Shown: positions 23,895 to 37,700, numbered from the whole stretch's first letter. The stretch is 60,470 nt of DNA, filler included, from Dimargaris cristalligena (GCA_003614675.1; 4 parts of 4 records of this genome joined end to end with filler, not necessarily neighbours in it), one strand, 5' to 3'. Program-made: numbers and translations. Notes: generated by a model not told the origin, from the letters alone.

Positions 23895-24956
23895 ATGTAA
23901 TTCTTAAAAGCACATCGGAGTCCCGGTTGTCGTGGCCGGACTCGTGCACGGAAAGTCTTATAGCTCTTAGTTAATCGGCTTTTTTTTTCTTCTATTTGTT
24001 TTAGGTAGAGATTTTCCAATATAATAAATTCGAATTCAGGTGTTTTAGGCCGTATAACATAAAGTAGGCGATGCTTTGTGGAGTTGGTAGGTTTTAGCTT
24101 AAGTAGAAGAATATAGGTCTAATGGGGGGGGGGGTTCGAGTAATAACTCGGGCCATTGGTATAATAAATCCAGCAAAAAGTCGAATACCATACGAGTGTG
24201 ATTTGGGCTGTAGGTGTGGTCCAGCTGTGGTTAAATCGGTCTAATTTCAGCTGATTATTGGGGGGCGGGTGCTGCTGGAATGTTCTCGTATAGAAAGGGG
24301 GGCGGCGCGAGAGGGTGTATGTGGAGTGAGGTGCCCGAGACCCAAAGGAGGGCCGCGCGATACAACCAAAGGGTCTTCTTTGAATGAGCGCGGATGGGGG
24401 AAAAATGGATCAACCATTCATTTGGGAACACCAGCGTGGCTTGAAGAAAAAGCCCTGAGTGGATTGGCCCTTGGCTCAGTCACGTGAACAGATATCTACC
24501 GCAGCGCGCCTCGTCAGCGTTTCGATTCCCCTGACGGGAGGGGGGGCTCTCGCGGTCCGTATCACCCAACCACCACCACCTGCATTAATAATCAAATTAC
24601 CCACCGCTACTAAGTCCATCTTTTAAAACTGCTCAAACACCATAGTCAATGGGACTATCATCAGCCAGCAGTATACGCATATATGTGTGTGACTCTCCTC
24701 CTCCCCTCTTCCGCCCCACAATTCCCTTCGATCTAGCAAGCCCATTCGCCTGCCTTTTTCTGCCCTATATCTCCGAACCTCACTATAGCCCTGTTTCCAA
24801 TTCCCTTGTTCTTTTCGAGTTTACTTTCAGTACGATCCCAATCATTTTTACCGTCTAATTGCCCTATAGCCAATATACCCCGCCTTCCCCCAAATTACGT
24901 TTATTATTATTATACCCTTCCCCACCCCCTCTCCCTCTTCACTCACATTACTCAAC

Positions 24957-25460
24957 ATGGCTCGTTCCCGTCGCGCTTCGTCCTCCGCTCCCCGTCGCTC
25001 TGCCGCCCCCGCCCCGGTCCGGCCCGCTCCTCCCCAGCAGCAGCGCGCCGTGGCCCCCGCTCCCACCCAGACCGCTGTGGCCCATCCCCCGGCGCCTAGC
25101 CAGGGTCCCGGCCTGATGGGCCAGATGGCCGCCACCGCCGGTGGAGTGGCCATTGGTTCCGCCGTGGGCCACACCATCGGTCACGGTATCACCAGTCTCT
25201 TCAGCGGTGGAAGCAGCAGTGCCGCCGAAACGCCCGCCCCCCAGCAACAGCAACAGCCGGCCTACGCTCAACCCGCTGCCTCCCCTTACGCCGCCCACCA
25301 GGACCCCTACCAGTCGGTCAACGCCTGCGATTTGGATGCCCGGGCCTTTGCCCAATGCATGACCAACAACAACCACGATGTTAACGTGTGCCAGCCTTTC
25401 CTGGATATCCTGAAGAATTGCCAGGCCAACAGCTCCTTCCAATCCGGCCCCAGTTACTAA
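24957..25460 (+). CDS. MIX17: Mitochondrial twin-CX9C protein Mix17/CHCHD2, 167 aa
   Basis: Arg/Ser-rich presequence, PGLMGQMAATAGGVAIGSAVGHTIGH, and C-terminal CX9C-X10-CX9C. Confidence 0.95.
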   Translation: MARSRRASSSAPRRSAAPAPVRPAPPQQQRAVAPAPTQTAVAHPPAPSQGPGLMGQMAATAGGVAIGSAVGHTIGHGITSLFSGGSSSAAETPAPQQQQQPAYAQPAASPYAAHQDPYQSVNACDLDARAFAQCMTNNNHDVNVCQPFLDILKNCQANSSFQSGPSY

Positions 25461-26594
25461 AAAAAAAAGGTCGCCTTTTTGAGTATATCAACCTCGTGGG
25501 CCTGATGTGTGGTCTCCCCTGGGCTTTGGGTTGCTGCCAAGGAAAGTAGGCGACAAAGAATGTCGGCAAATGAGAGAAATGGAAGGGATAAGAGTTAGTA
25601 GTATTGGACTGGAATGGTGGCTAAGCAGCCATGATAAACGCATGGGTTACGTTTCCACTTCTCCATTGGTCCAAATGGCCCCGATTCCTCTCCCACTTTC
25701 TCAATTCCTTTGTCTGCTAAGAAGATTTCTCAACCGCAGCCCCCTATATTCCCTTATTTCCGGCGCTTGCCTCACGTGTAGATGATGCGCAGTACTATCA
25801 ACAGGTCTTGCTATCACCTCCATTTCCACTGACATGCCTATATTACAATCATACAAACATAAATAAAAATACATTTCTAGGATGCCCCAGTCGATGGGAG
25901 ATTATGTATATATACTATAAGGAAATTGATGGCCCCAAATATATTTCTAATGTTCCTATTACCTTCAATAAATATCCGTACAACAACCAGGTCGCCTTTG
26001 CACTTGGTGATTGCAGTTCAATTATCGCTCACGATTCCCCTTGGTATATGTTAATAAACGACCAATGCCTCCATTTATAAATAGCTAAACTGGCCCGATA
26101 TTGATCCTAATGGTAATTAATTATTCCACAGACGACCTATTCCGCCCCCTGTTTAATTGCTCAATGGCCTATTCTTCGTTCTAATAATCCGTTCTTTGCC
26201 TCCCGTCCCATTGGCGTAATCTAACTATAGTAGTCTAATTCCCCGCCCCCAAGAGCTGCCCCGGCCATGGGGTCCATTGTAACCAAATTCAAAGGGGGGG
26301 GGGATGCAAATTGCGCTGAATTCAATGATATGCTAAAATATCGTATAATGCACTATTTCCCGTTCCTTATTACATATTTTATTTACAAAATTACAGATTG
26401 AAATGGAGTTTGATAGCTATCCTAAATATTAAAAGGCACCAGTAGATTAAACCATCTCCCTAATACTCAGAGAAAAAAAACGGTATGCTAACTAAAGGGT
26501 ATAGACCAACAAAGTAGAACAGCCGTGAATGAAAACCCGATGGGTCTACTGCCGGTAGTCGACACTGCGGGGTTCTATCATCGTAGCCGCCCCG

Positions 26595-27083
26595 CTAGAC
26601 AGTCTGTTCAGAACCCCGTTGGACATCATTGCGATAATACGAGGGCACTTCGGTAGGCTTCCGGTAGTGGTCCCAACGTAAGGCATAGGCGTTAGCTAAT
26701 TCGGCCAGGTAACCCTTTATTTTCGCCTGGTAGCCCCGCGTATACTTGTCATCAAATGCATTGACAATTTGGGTGGCTTCCGGGACTTTCATTAAAAAAT
26801 GACTCACGCACTTAAAAACCAGGAGATCGTTGGAGGAATCTTCGGCCCAATGGTTAATAGGGGGCACCCCGTTTTTGATACGATTATTCTCCAATAGGAT
26901 CTTCTTGGCGAATCGTTTGGGGTGGTTCTGGGCCTCCTTGGCATATTGCGAGTATTTGGTCTGACCGGCATCCGCTATGCAGCTCTCAAGAACGTAGCCG
27001 TTGGGGTCGGCACTATAAATATTAGCGGCGAATGCATGGGAAAGCGCGCCTGCTACGGCGACTACTAGGAAGGTTATTCTCAT
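26595..27083 (-). CDS. Hypothetical small secreted protein, 162 aa
   Basis: CACCATG at 27083; signal peptide MRITFLVVAVAGALSHAFA; two Cys; TATATATA upstream at ~27254-27261. Confidence 0.8.
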   Translation of the reverse strand: MRITFLVVAVAGALSHAFAANIYSADPNGYVLESCIADAGQTKYSQYAKEAQNHPKRFAKKILLENNRIKNGVPPINHWAEDSSNDLLVFKCVSHFLMKVPEATQIVNAFDDKYTRGYQAKIKGYLAELANAYALRWDHYRKPTEVPSYYRNDVQRGSEQTV

Positions 27084-29851
27084 GGTGGGGATTGGGATAC
27101 GCGATGGATGTGGAACAACGGATATTGGCAATGGTCAACTCTATATAGGACCAAAAGCTGGACTTGGTTACGATGGTTAGACCACAGAAAGTAAAAAATA
27201 AACAATTTCCCAAGGGAAACAGTTACTATGTAAAAATATGTAAAGTACTCAGTATATATAAATATACATCAATTAAGAGCTCGGTCAAATAAAAACCGGT
27301 CGCATAGAGAAAGACTGGGGGGAATATGTATGAGTACAGTTACAGGCCAAAAAATAATAATAAAGGAAATGTTGAGTACGGATATTAGGATAAACGAAGT
27401 TCCCTCGCGCTGTATTTATAAGGACAGGCCTTTCGCTAGCTGTTTGAGCCTCGAATATGAGAAACCAACCATCCCTCTTTCCAGTCTCCCCATATTCTGT
27501 ATGGGGAGTAGCTTTGGTTGCCATAGCTAGGAGGAGGGGGGGGGCGGTATAAGCCGTCATTTTTCAAAACCACCCCGCCTTAACGTTCGTGCAAGGCAGG
27601 GTACATATAAATAGGTTACACTCCTGCTATGGGTCGGCTAACAGCTGACGAATCCATACCCACTCAAAAAATTCGAAGTCGAATTCATTTAAGCCCGATT
27701 AGGCTATTTCGGAATTGACTTGTTAAAGCGACGTTTAGCCGAAGTAGTCGGCTGTCGCGAGTCGCGCATTAGGGTCGAGTAGGGATGGGGATAGTGGAAG
27801 GCCAATGGCCCTAGAGGAAAAAATTGGATAATAACTACCCAACGGTTGTGTTCTCTCCCTCCCACCTTGCTATGGTATTTTGGACTAATGGCCCTTAAAA
27901 AGAGTCGTCCTGCGCTCATTAATAGCGCGGGTTGGTCAATCGGTTTTTATATATACCTATTCATGTATCGAGGATATCCGGCAACAATTGGGGGCTAATT
28001 TGGGAAGCTAGTAGAGCGGAAGCTGTATCCTGAATCTGACGGAGAGGAGAGGAGAGGAGAGGAGGGGAAAGCGGAGGCCTTCTTAGTTAGTGAAATAGAC
28101 GATACTGACACTCGTCCAATTACATCCATCCATCTACGGATTTCTCCCGATGGTCCTCTTTCCAGAATTCATAATTCAAGACGGGGCTTTCATCTACTAT
28201 GCTGGGCAGTCATTTTTATATAAGAAAATGCAAAAATAGAGCACAAAACACCGTCGCTAGGGTAAGGCGGGAGGTGTATAGGCCCCAACGCTTCAGCTCT
28301 CACTGGCCCGACGCCCTGGGCCTTGGGCAAGCGGGACGCAGCAACTAGTGGTATTTTTATCGAATGTAAACCCCCCCCCCTCCTCGTCTTGAAGGGGTCG
28401 TTTACTACATTTCATCCCACTATTCAAAGGGCTAGGTCTGCAATATACCATCGAATCTATTCACCGATGGGTTCTGCTCATCTCCATATATTTACGCTAC
28501 CCATTGTTGTATTCGAAGATGGGATGTCTGGAGGAGCTATAGCTGCAGTATATATCCATCCACACTCTATTTAGAGGATAATGAAACCAGAGCAAGTAAA
28601 CCCAAATAGATATCAAAAAAATTAAATATACTTGAGACTGGAGTAGCCAGTAGTGTCTTATTATGGAACCCCATCTCTCCAATTAGTAATGGTAATTGTT
28701 GGACTGTCTTACGCAGACGCTATTCTGGTGTACCCTTGTATACTCCATTCGGCACAACTACTTGGCCGTGTTCCCCTGCGGCCAGTTGGGTGGACCCCCG
28801 CCATTCTATCAGTTAAACAGACAAGTTGTCTAGTTGGCCTCGACCAGTTAAACCCAAACCAGGCTGTGGTACATTGCCATAGTGCCTTCAATTGAAACTT
28901 ACGAACATCCACTGTAAGTTGACAATAGCCATGAATCTATCAGAATTTGACTGTGGTGGCTAGAAGAGGTGGTTTTTTATACAGGGGTAATAACCCACAC
29001 ACCGGTGCGCACTAGACTGGCTAGTACTGGGAGCAATATTGGTCATGGCCCAGAGTCACTTAACACAGCTCCTTGTGATAACTAACCTCTAACCATCCCA
29101 GCATGTGAATCTTCTTCATTTCAAAAAATAAAGGCGAAAAAAGGGGCGGAAGGGTGGCACTCCCCCCCTTCTACATTGCAATGTAAAGGGAAGAAGAGGT
29201 GGGGGTCAGCCCATTGAAAGTGCAGCTCTAAGTCATACAATCATCAATTGGACCAAAAATCCACAAACCAAAATCATTCATGAATAATGCAAGAAAGCCC
29301 ACCGAATGTGTAGGGAGGGGGCTATTTCCACTTATTTTGCCTTGGTGTAGCTAGACCTGCCCCTACTAATGTATACAGTGGGGACAGGGGTGCAAGACAA
29401 GGGTAGAAGCAACCCTAGTTGAATTGCAGCCACTTTTCTGGCTAAATCCATCTTGAAGATAGGATTATCCAACAATCCCCTTTCTTTGCCACCCTTACTC
29501 ATTGCTTATCCACTAGTTTGTCCTTTGGTTTTTGTCCTGCGTTGGAACCCAATGGTATCCAAATTGATACTAATAATAAGGTTGTGGTTAGTTGGAGGAT
29601 GGAAAGCACTTTGGTGGCTATACTTACATCAGCTGCAGGACATTCAATAGTATTGGACTTTATCACTATTCCACAGTAGTTGTGCAGGTCTCTGCTCTAT
29701 ATTTATCTGCAAATAATAAAGATTTAACTAAAAAACCACAGCTTAGGATGGTTAGAGGTTAACTATAGATATGGACACTCACATACTCTACAAAAAGCCA
29801 GAGTTTAAATTAGCTACCTAAACCTGTATTTTCATTCATCACCCTTCTGAA

Positions 29852-30122
29852 TGTTGCCTGGGTTGATCACTCTTAGTCCATCAAGAGTCCCAAGGATAGG
29901 CTTCTAATGGTAGGTGGGGCTTAGGCTTGGCTAAGTAGGCTACTAGCATTAGGATGGGTATAGTACTAACTAATAAAGGATAAGTGCAGACAAATGTAAG
30001 GGATGTGCAGCAGGCACACTTACTATTTAGTATGGAGGGGGTGAGCATATATAGAGTTTACTAAGGTAAACTATGTGATATGAAGAAACTAAGGAAACTA
30101 ACTGGTCTCAGTGGGGCCCAGT
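29852..30122 (-). mobile_element. LTR-like dispersed repeat, copy 2 (partial)
   Basis: TGTTGCCTGGGTTGATCACTCTTAGTCCATCAAGAGTCCCAAGGATAGGCTTCT... aligns with 977-~1248; similarity stops near 30122. Confidence 0.8.
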
Positions 30123-30210
30123 GTCACAGTATGGTGGTATCAAGCTACTAAAATGAACAACAAAAATATATCAAAAGGGCAGGGTGGCTTCTCCAGGTGA
30201 ACTGGTTTGT

Positions 30211-30310
30211 NNNNNNNNNNNNNNNNNNNNNNNNNNNNNNNNNNNNNNNNNNNNTTAATTAATTAANNNNNNNNNNNNNNNNNNNNNNNNNNNNNNNNNN
30301 NNNNNNNNNN
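30211..30310. other. Artificial contig spacer 2
   Basis: 44 N + TTAATTAATTAA + 44 N. Confidence 0.97.
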
Positions 30311-31190
30311 CCTTTCCCTTTTATTATCTATCTTTTCAAATAAAGTTCAGTTTTCAAGGATTTGAGTTCAGTTCTTTACACTGGGGATGCATTTAAATTA
30401 TTACAGTACTTAATAACTAAGGTAATCACTATTATCTCCTCAGTTGGGGCTTTAGTAGCTAACATCACTATATTCTCTTAATAGGGTGTGGGGATTGAAT
30501 TACCTCCCTTTGGTAGTTCACACTTATTTATTCCCCTATTCAGTATAACTATATTCACTATTCATTATTATATACTTTCATCATATTTATTAGTAGTATT
30601 TCCCAGAAAAATTATATTAGTTCTGGGTCTATGGCCTTAGTCTTCTCAGCATAAAAAGCTGTGCCAATGCCTATAGCTTGTGATGCAATTATATAGAGGT
30701 AACTGTCCTGAGTGCTGATAATATAATTCAATGTGGGAAATCAGCTGTTCATAATAATTGATGAATACACTAGATCAACAATATTTTATTTAGGAAAAAT
30801 AACTTGGAAACTTCAAATAATGATAAAACCATTATTTTTACAAATATCATTTCTAATGATCCCAGTATTGCCTAGTTTTAGCCATCATGTTGAATTGACA
30901 AACCAATGGGTGAGGTACACAAAGAGGTTAATACACCCTTTTCTATTCAACTTATTCATTTTATATAATGCTGTTATTTATGGAGTACCCTTCACACCCT
31001 TTTATTTCATAAAATTTTCTAATACTCACCCTGGACAAATATTCTAATATTTACTAATATTTTAGCCCATGCTGGGCATATTTGACTCCCTTTGGATGTG
31101 ATCCCCTCTAGCTTCTGGCACTATACAATTGTAAATTTAATAAGAAAGAAATTAAAATCTTATATATATATAATCCACTAGTTTACTAGT
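30311..31190 (+). mobile_element. Degenerate AT-rich transposon remnant, possibly a Ty1/copia integrase fragment
   Basis: CpG-free, AT-rich; the frame at 30733 reads GNQLFIIIDEYTRSTIFYL, resembling the first catalytic-Asp motif of rve integrases. Confidence 0.35.
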
Positions 31191-31258
31191 GAAAAAAACG
31201 AGTTAGAATGATAAACCACCACTAAATATTAACTATTCAAGTTCTTGAGTTATTGAAG

Positions 31259-32698
31259 CTAAAGCCCCAATTTCATACATACAGCCTCGACAAAATTTGG
31301 TTTAGAATATAGATTATTATGGTTGATTGAGGGTCTGTAAAGCACCCTTACAAGACTGGGTAATCGAATCTTCAAACAGGAGGGGTCCAATATATTATGA
31401 CAGGTCATAATACAGAGAAATGTCAATGTTTCACTATAAAGTCCATTTATCACAAGTCTCTCCAGCTCCTTGCTATCAGTGAAACTAAGCACCAGATTGC
31501 GCAAATTAGTACATTTGGACAGCCATTGGGTACACAAATCACCCATGGAAGGGCGACTTATAATGCGTAAGCAACGTAGATTGGGGGCATTTTTTGCCAG
31601 CAGGTCCGCCATTTGACCATCCAAGTAGATATGGCAGAGTGTTAGGGATTTCAACTGGGGCCAGCTCTGCCTGATGAACTGCCGGAAACCCTCGGACACT
31701 CCATCCATAACAACGGGGTGTTGTAGTTGACCCATTTTGGTAAGAGTGGTGCACAAGCACAGGCGCCTTAAATGGGGGTAGCTAGTGGGGTTGAGGACCC
31801 CCAAATTCACCTGTTGCCCCTTCTCAACCTTCAGCCCCAGATTGAGGGCCGTCAAGTTTCTAAAAACACCCTGCTGGGGGTCGAGTATAACTGGATTAGC
31901 CCAATAATCACTGTTCAGTCTTAGCGAAGTGAGACTGGACCAGTGTTGCTGGATCACCTGGGCAAAGTCATCATCAATCATCGGGATATTCAGTTATAGG
32001 CATTTCAAATTTTTAAATGGCGCAAAAAACCGGTATATCCAGGTCGAATCGATGGAGGTCCGACATATGAAGATAAGCCTGGTAACATGGCCTAGGAACT
32101 CGGGTACCTGGGGGGAATGGTGGTAGAGGTGACCCAGCCAGTCCAAGTTTTCGATTCTGCTCCCTTGTCCGTCGCCGTCGGGACAGTGGGTGGTCGTGTT
32201 GATGTACAGGGTGCGGGAATTTAACCGACAGGGCAGGATTTTAGCGAGCTTGCGCATGATCAGGGGCCAGCACGGAGCAAGGGACTTCATGCTAAAGGCG
32301 AGGTTCTTCCAATGGTTGACGTGATTCAGGATGTGGGTGTGGCGTTTGCACATTTCCTCCCACTCGAACTTGAATGCCTGTTCATCGGTAATATTAAAGC
32401 GCAGGGTCCGCAGGGTGTCGGGGTACTGGCGTATGAACGTTTGGTAAAGGACCGCCCTCTTATCGATTTCCGCCAAGGAAACCGATGGGGGGTGGCTATA
32501 GGGGCCCCCTTTCTTCGGCGCCACTAGCTTGTGCAGCGAGCGGCAAAGGATCCCTACATTAAATTTTTCCTGATAGTTGCAGTAGCCTAGAATTTTTTTA
32601 CCTATTTTGGCTTGATCCGGGTGGAATACATATTTGAGTAATTTCAACCCGGCCGATTGCGTGGGAGTTGTGTTGCTTAAGACTGGCGTATGGGGCAT
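31259..32698 (-). pseudogene. F-box-like/RNI-type leucine-rich-repeat gene interrupted by one in-frame TAA
   Basis: ORFs 31994-32698 and 31259-31981 share a frame: FKNLKCL-TAA-LNIPMIDDD. Repeated LxxLxL motifs (SSLTSLRL, RNLTALNL, PHLRRLCL, PQLKSLTL, PNLRCLRI, TNLRNLVL); F-box-like N-terminus (KKILGYCNYQEKFNVGILCRSLHKL); TATAAAA at 32946-32952 on the minus strand. Confidence 0.7.
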
Positions 32699-34785
32699 AA
32701 TTGGGGAGTAAATAGGACAATTTTTACCTCAAATGGATAAGGTGTAGTAGTGAAAAGAGTGATCGATAGGATTAGGTTTCAAAAAGTGGAATTTTAAAGG
32801 CGTACGAGATTGGGCAGTTGTTCGATCTTGCTTTGGATAGGTTAAACGGGAATAGCTAGAGAATGGTCGATTTACTGTCAACAAACTAGAAAGTGAGATG
32901 TACAAATGATGCGATATAGTTAGTACCAAAGACGAAGTGGTTCGCTTTTATATCTCCCCCGAGGGTATATCCAATATCCCAATTTATTATACAATCAGCT
33001 AGGTTTAAAGCAGTCCAGCCATTGGAAATTTAATCATGAATGGCAATCACCATGATTGCTATTATTCATGGAAAAGCCACCGTTTAATTAAGAATTGAAA
33101 TATCCTACAAAGTTCATAAATGAAAACACCCCACCTGGCCACCATCATACAATGGGGGTGTTATTGCCGAGGGCTCTATGACCAACGTTAATAGCATTTG
33201 AAGGATGTCTAGTGAAGCCCTCATTCAGGAGCACCTTGGAAATCAACTCACAATTCAATTGATGCCCAATAACTAAAGGCAAGCTCGCTCAGCTAGTATA
33301 GTACGCGCCAACTCAATACGGTAAATGCTTATACCTCGCTGATGGACAAGGACAGTGGTGAAGCCGCCAACCTACTTGATAGGAAATAAATACCAAGACT
33401 GTTCTCCTTTGAGAAAAGATTTCTCCGCCATTAGTAACCAGCGGTAACCATTCAATTCATTGCTGGCTGGCCTTGTAGACCGTTCTTTACCCGATATATA
33501 TTCTCATTCACCCGTACCACAGCAACCAGCTTATATGACCCTCCCCTGCATTATGCTTCAATACCAGTATAATAGTTTGCTGTGTTGGTAGTAATAGGTA
33601 GGTAGGTTATGTTTGGTTTCAAAGATTTCTAAGGATGGCTAGATTCTTTGAATCCACTAGCGCAACCTCCGCTCAACGCGTAAACATTAATTTAATTTTC
33701 ATCCGGAAAACCTTATATATAAGAGATATTGAATCAGATTGTATAACAAAAACTCCGCAGAATGTGGCAAAAACAGCAGGCTAAATATGAGCCTCATTCT
33801 ATCTTCCCATACATTTATCGTCCAAAACCTTTTACAATCTGGCCAAATTTCATACATTCGTATATATCCTACTCTCGAGGTGTGGGTTACAACACAAATG
33901 TATTGCTGCAAAGTGTAGGGCTGAGCGAAGTCTACCTTTATCGATTTTACCTTGTAAGATTATTTCTGGAATTGTTAATGTCGATATGACGGAGGGGTTG
34001 CTATTGCTTTAACAAAGCACTATTCCGACATCTCCGTCACCGTCGGTGGAGAGTAAAACAACCAACCTCGTTATTCAAAAAAATATTTATTGAAGCGTTT
34101 TGTAAATTAATGGAATATTCGATTTTTAAGTAAGATTACAGTCCCCTTTTTTAGGGAAGAAACTATGTGAAATGACCAGGTAGGTTTGATATGGTGTAAT
34201 AACAATTTTATTGAACAGAAACTGAAAACATGCCGGAGTTCGGGGGTTAGGTTGGGCCTAATCGATTGATGATCAAGGATGGTAAAAAAAATGACTCTAC
34301 GCATTGTAAATAAGGATGAGCAAGGTAATATAATTATGCTTAAATGCCGGTATGTAACGAAGTAAATGGGGTTTTGCAGGGGGAAACGCTCGACAAAGGG
34401 TTACCAAGGTTGGATGAGCCATTTGCGACAGTTTAGTTCAGGGTGAGAATATACTAATGAAAATTGAGGATAATGAATATCGAAATACACGTTGAGGGAT
34501 AATAATAAAGGCATAGTACAGAACCTAATGGTTTTTAACATAATTCAATGATGAGCTCAAATCATCAGGGATTGGTTGGTTTACGGGATACGAGCATGGC
34601 AAATGTATCAAAATCGATTGTTTTTTTGTCGTTGTTTAAAACAAATCCTTAAACACCAAAGGGTAATTTCATAGTCTTTTTTAACAATAATATAAAAATA
34701 TACTTATAATCCAATTCTAATAGACACTGGTAAATAGTCAGAGCTGACGATACTCGGCTAAAATACACAGTGGGTTGTCCTCCAT

Positions 34786-37700
34786 CTAACACGAATAAAT
34801 GCCTGGTAGATGACCACTACTGCTACCGGCCGTCCGCGGACCTAAGGGTGAAGCAGCGTGTTGCAACGGGAAATAAGAGGTTGATCCCTCCTCGTAATGA
34901 TGGGAGGATCCTCCCTCTTCTATGCCATTCGTGGTCGCATAAGGCGCCACTCGCGATGCGTCGTTGGTATAACCGGCGGAGGTCGGGGTAGGCTGGGACT
35001 CGGCACCAGCGGGTGACATGACATTACGAGGGTAGTTATTCTCGAATATCATGGCTCCCCGGGGGGTATCGCCCAGTGAGGAAGCCTCAATGGCTGAATC
35101 CATCAATTGAGCGGGGATATTCATGAACATGGCCTTGCGACCAGACTGGACCAACATCTCACTGGGAACCAAGTAAAGCACTAATTTACCAACTGACTCA
35201 AAGCCCTGATCGGTGGAAGGTGCGGTGTTGTTCGTTGAGGAGGAGGAGCGGCCCCTCCTCGGGACGATTGATTGGTATTGGGAAATATCCAAGGCAGAGT
35301 TCTTGGGTCCGGTCGTAGGCGTACGGCCCTTACGACGGCGCCCAAACAGGGTTGAGGAGCTCCGGGACAGAGCGGATGGCAGGGAGCTGAATGACTTGGA
35401 AGGCGACAGAGCAGCATCCGTATAAGTGGGATTGGCAGTGGTTGACTGCTGGGCGACTGGTACGTCGTCGACGGCAGCGGGAGTGGGCGGTGCCGATTGA
35501 TCCACCGGTGATTGATGGTAGAGATTATCCACCAAACTCAGAGCTTCGCGCCACGACGTGTTATTGTTGACCACTTCGAACCGGTCGTCCCAGATATACA
35601 TGAGGGTCATGGTTTTAAGTTGGGCCAATGACGCCACCCCGGCCTTACTGAATTTAGTAATCACCTTATCCCAAAGCACACTGAATACAGCAGTGCGTGG
35701 AATCGCAATGAGAATTCGGGTCTCGTGGTTCAATATAACCTTGAGATGGAGCGTATTGGCATTGATTAGGCGATTCTTGGTATTGTGGGCCGCGTTGGGA
35801 GCGTCGGTATGGGCATGGAGACGGTTAATGTAACGATGGCGCATCACAAAATTGGATTTGGAGAGCGTCGGGTGGCGACGCATGGCCGGAGGAGCCGAAG
35901 CGGTTGAATCAGTGGAACCAAGGGGAGTGGCGGGGGAAATGGGGGAGAGTGTATCCGCCAGCGATTCGGACTCAAATTTATAGGCCGACATCTCGAATGG
36001 AGTAGGGAGGGCGGGAGAGTCCATGACCTGAAGCCCCATTGTGGTCCGATTACCTTTAGTCTGCGAAGTAGGGTCCTCCTCGGCCATTTGGTTGAGAGCG
36101 GAAGGTCTCTTGGGGCGGACGAGACTGTGGGAGGTGGTCAACGACGAAGCATTGCCGTCGTCGTTGGAATTGACGGCGGTGTAGTTGTGGATAGATTCAT
36201 TACTGCTATGCAAGTAGTCGGAACCCCCACTGGCCGTGGAAGTAAAGTCGGAAAACTGCGGCAGATTGGAAGTAAGCGGGGCGACGGGGTTGGCTCCAGC
36301 TTCACTCGAGTGCTGCTGCTGAATCAACATCGCCTCGGCTTCCATTCGGCCGAAGGTAGGTGTGGCAACCCCAAGTTCCTGGGGAAAGGTGGACGGGGAT
36401 TGGGACAAAAGGTCCTTAATTTGAGGTGGGGAATTGAGGACCAGATGTTTAGGGTTAGGAGTGGCCCGCACGGTCGCTGTGGCTTTATTCATGGGAAGAC
36501 GCGGACCGCCCGTCCGGCGACCATTGGTCAAATCCCGGCGAGGTGGACGCTGAGGGGCATTTGTCGCTGCCGCCAGTCGGTCGTGACTGGGGGTGCGAGA
36601 CAGGTTGCCCAGTGGGGCATCAGTGGCTGCAGGAGACGGGGCTACGGGTCTAGCAGTGTTAAGATTAGCCGGACTTGATGGTCCGCTGGAAATAGGCATA
36701 GGAGGTAGCTGAGGGGAATTCAGCCCAGGTAGAAACTGGGTGGCATGATCCGAGGCCGCCGAGGGGCTTTGGGCTTCGCTGAGAGCGATTGCATCCTCCA
36801 AGCGGAAGTCAGCCTGATCAATAACATGGCAGGAGATTTGACGGGGGCCACTCTGGATAGCGCGGACGATCTCTTCCTCGGAACGAGCCACTGCCCGGCC
36901 TACGGGAGTATCATACACAAGTACGAAAGACTGGATCTGCTGTGAAGCTTGGGCCGCCTTGGGACCCCCTAGAGCGTGGAGATGGCGCAAGATAGAGGTA
37001 TAGATGCGGCTAAATTCCACGGAAGTGGAACGAGCGGCCTGGCGGGCCCGTGGGGAAGCGGGCTTGGTCAGTTCGGAGCGCAGCAGGGGAATAGTCACCA
37101 GAATGGTACCGTTAAGGTAAATCCTGGTCTGAACCGTATTGTTGGCCCGATCGTTCGAGGAGAGGGACCGGTTAAGCGTGGAGGTTGAATCGGTTGGAGA
37201 AGCCACCACACCATGTCGGCTATTGGCGCCAGTCATGCGACCCAACGTAGTGTGGTTCCGGCGCAGTTGACTAAAGGGCGGGGGTGGGGTGGGGGGAGCC
37301 GAGCGGTCAGAGGCGCCGCCATTGTCACTATCGCTGCCATCAGACCTGCCCAGTAGACCTAGTTTGATTCTCTGTAGCCGGGCCGCTTTAGCCCGGCCTT
37401 GGATTTTGCTGGTAGTGTTAGCACGCTGCATATTGGCCAGGCGACCATGGCGAATCACTGGGGCCGGAGATGGGGGTGGGGACTCGGGCACAGGCTCGGG
37501 TTCGGACACGGGTTCAACTAGCGGAGACGCGGTAGAAGGCACTTGAATACCATCCAGCTGTTGTTGAAGATCGTGCAGGTTGCCAAGCGATGACGAAAAA
37601 AGGACCGACGGGATCCTAGGGAGAGGAGCAGATTCCGAGGCAGACACAAGCGGAAGTTCTGTAGGTGAATTATCATAGTAGTCAACAGTTGAAGTTTCGG

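Noticed and set aside
25458-25468. A-run immediately after the MIX17 stop suggesting a retrocopy
   Set aside because: Short, directly at the stop rather than after a 3'UTR, no TSD; intronless genes are common here.
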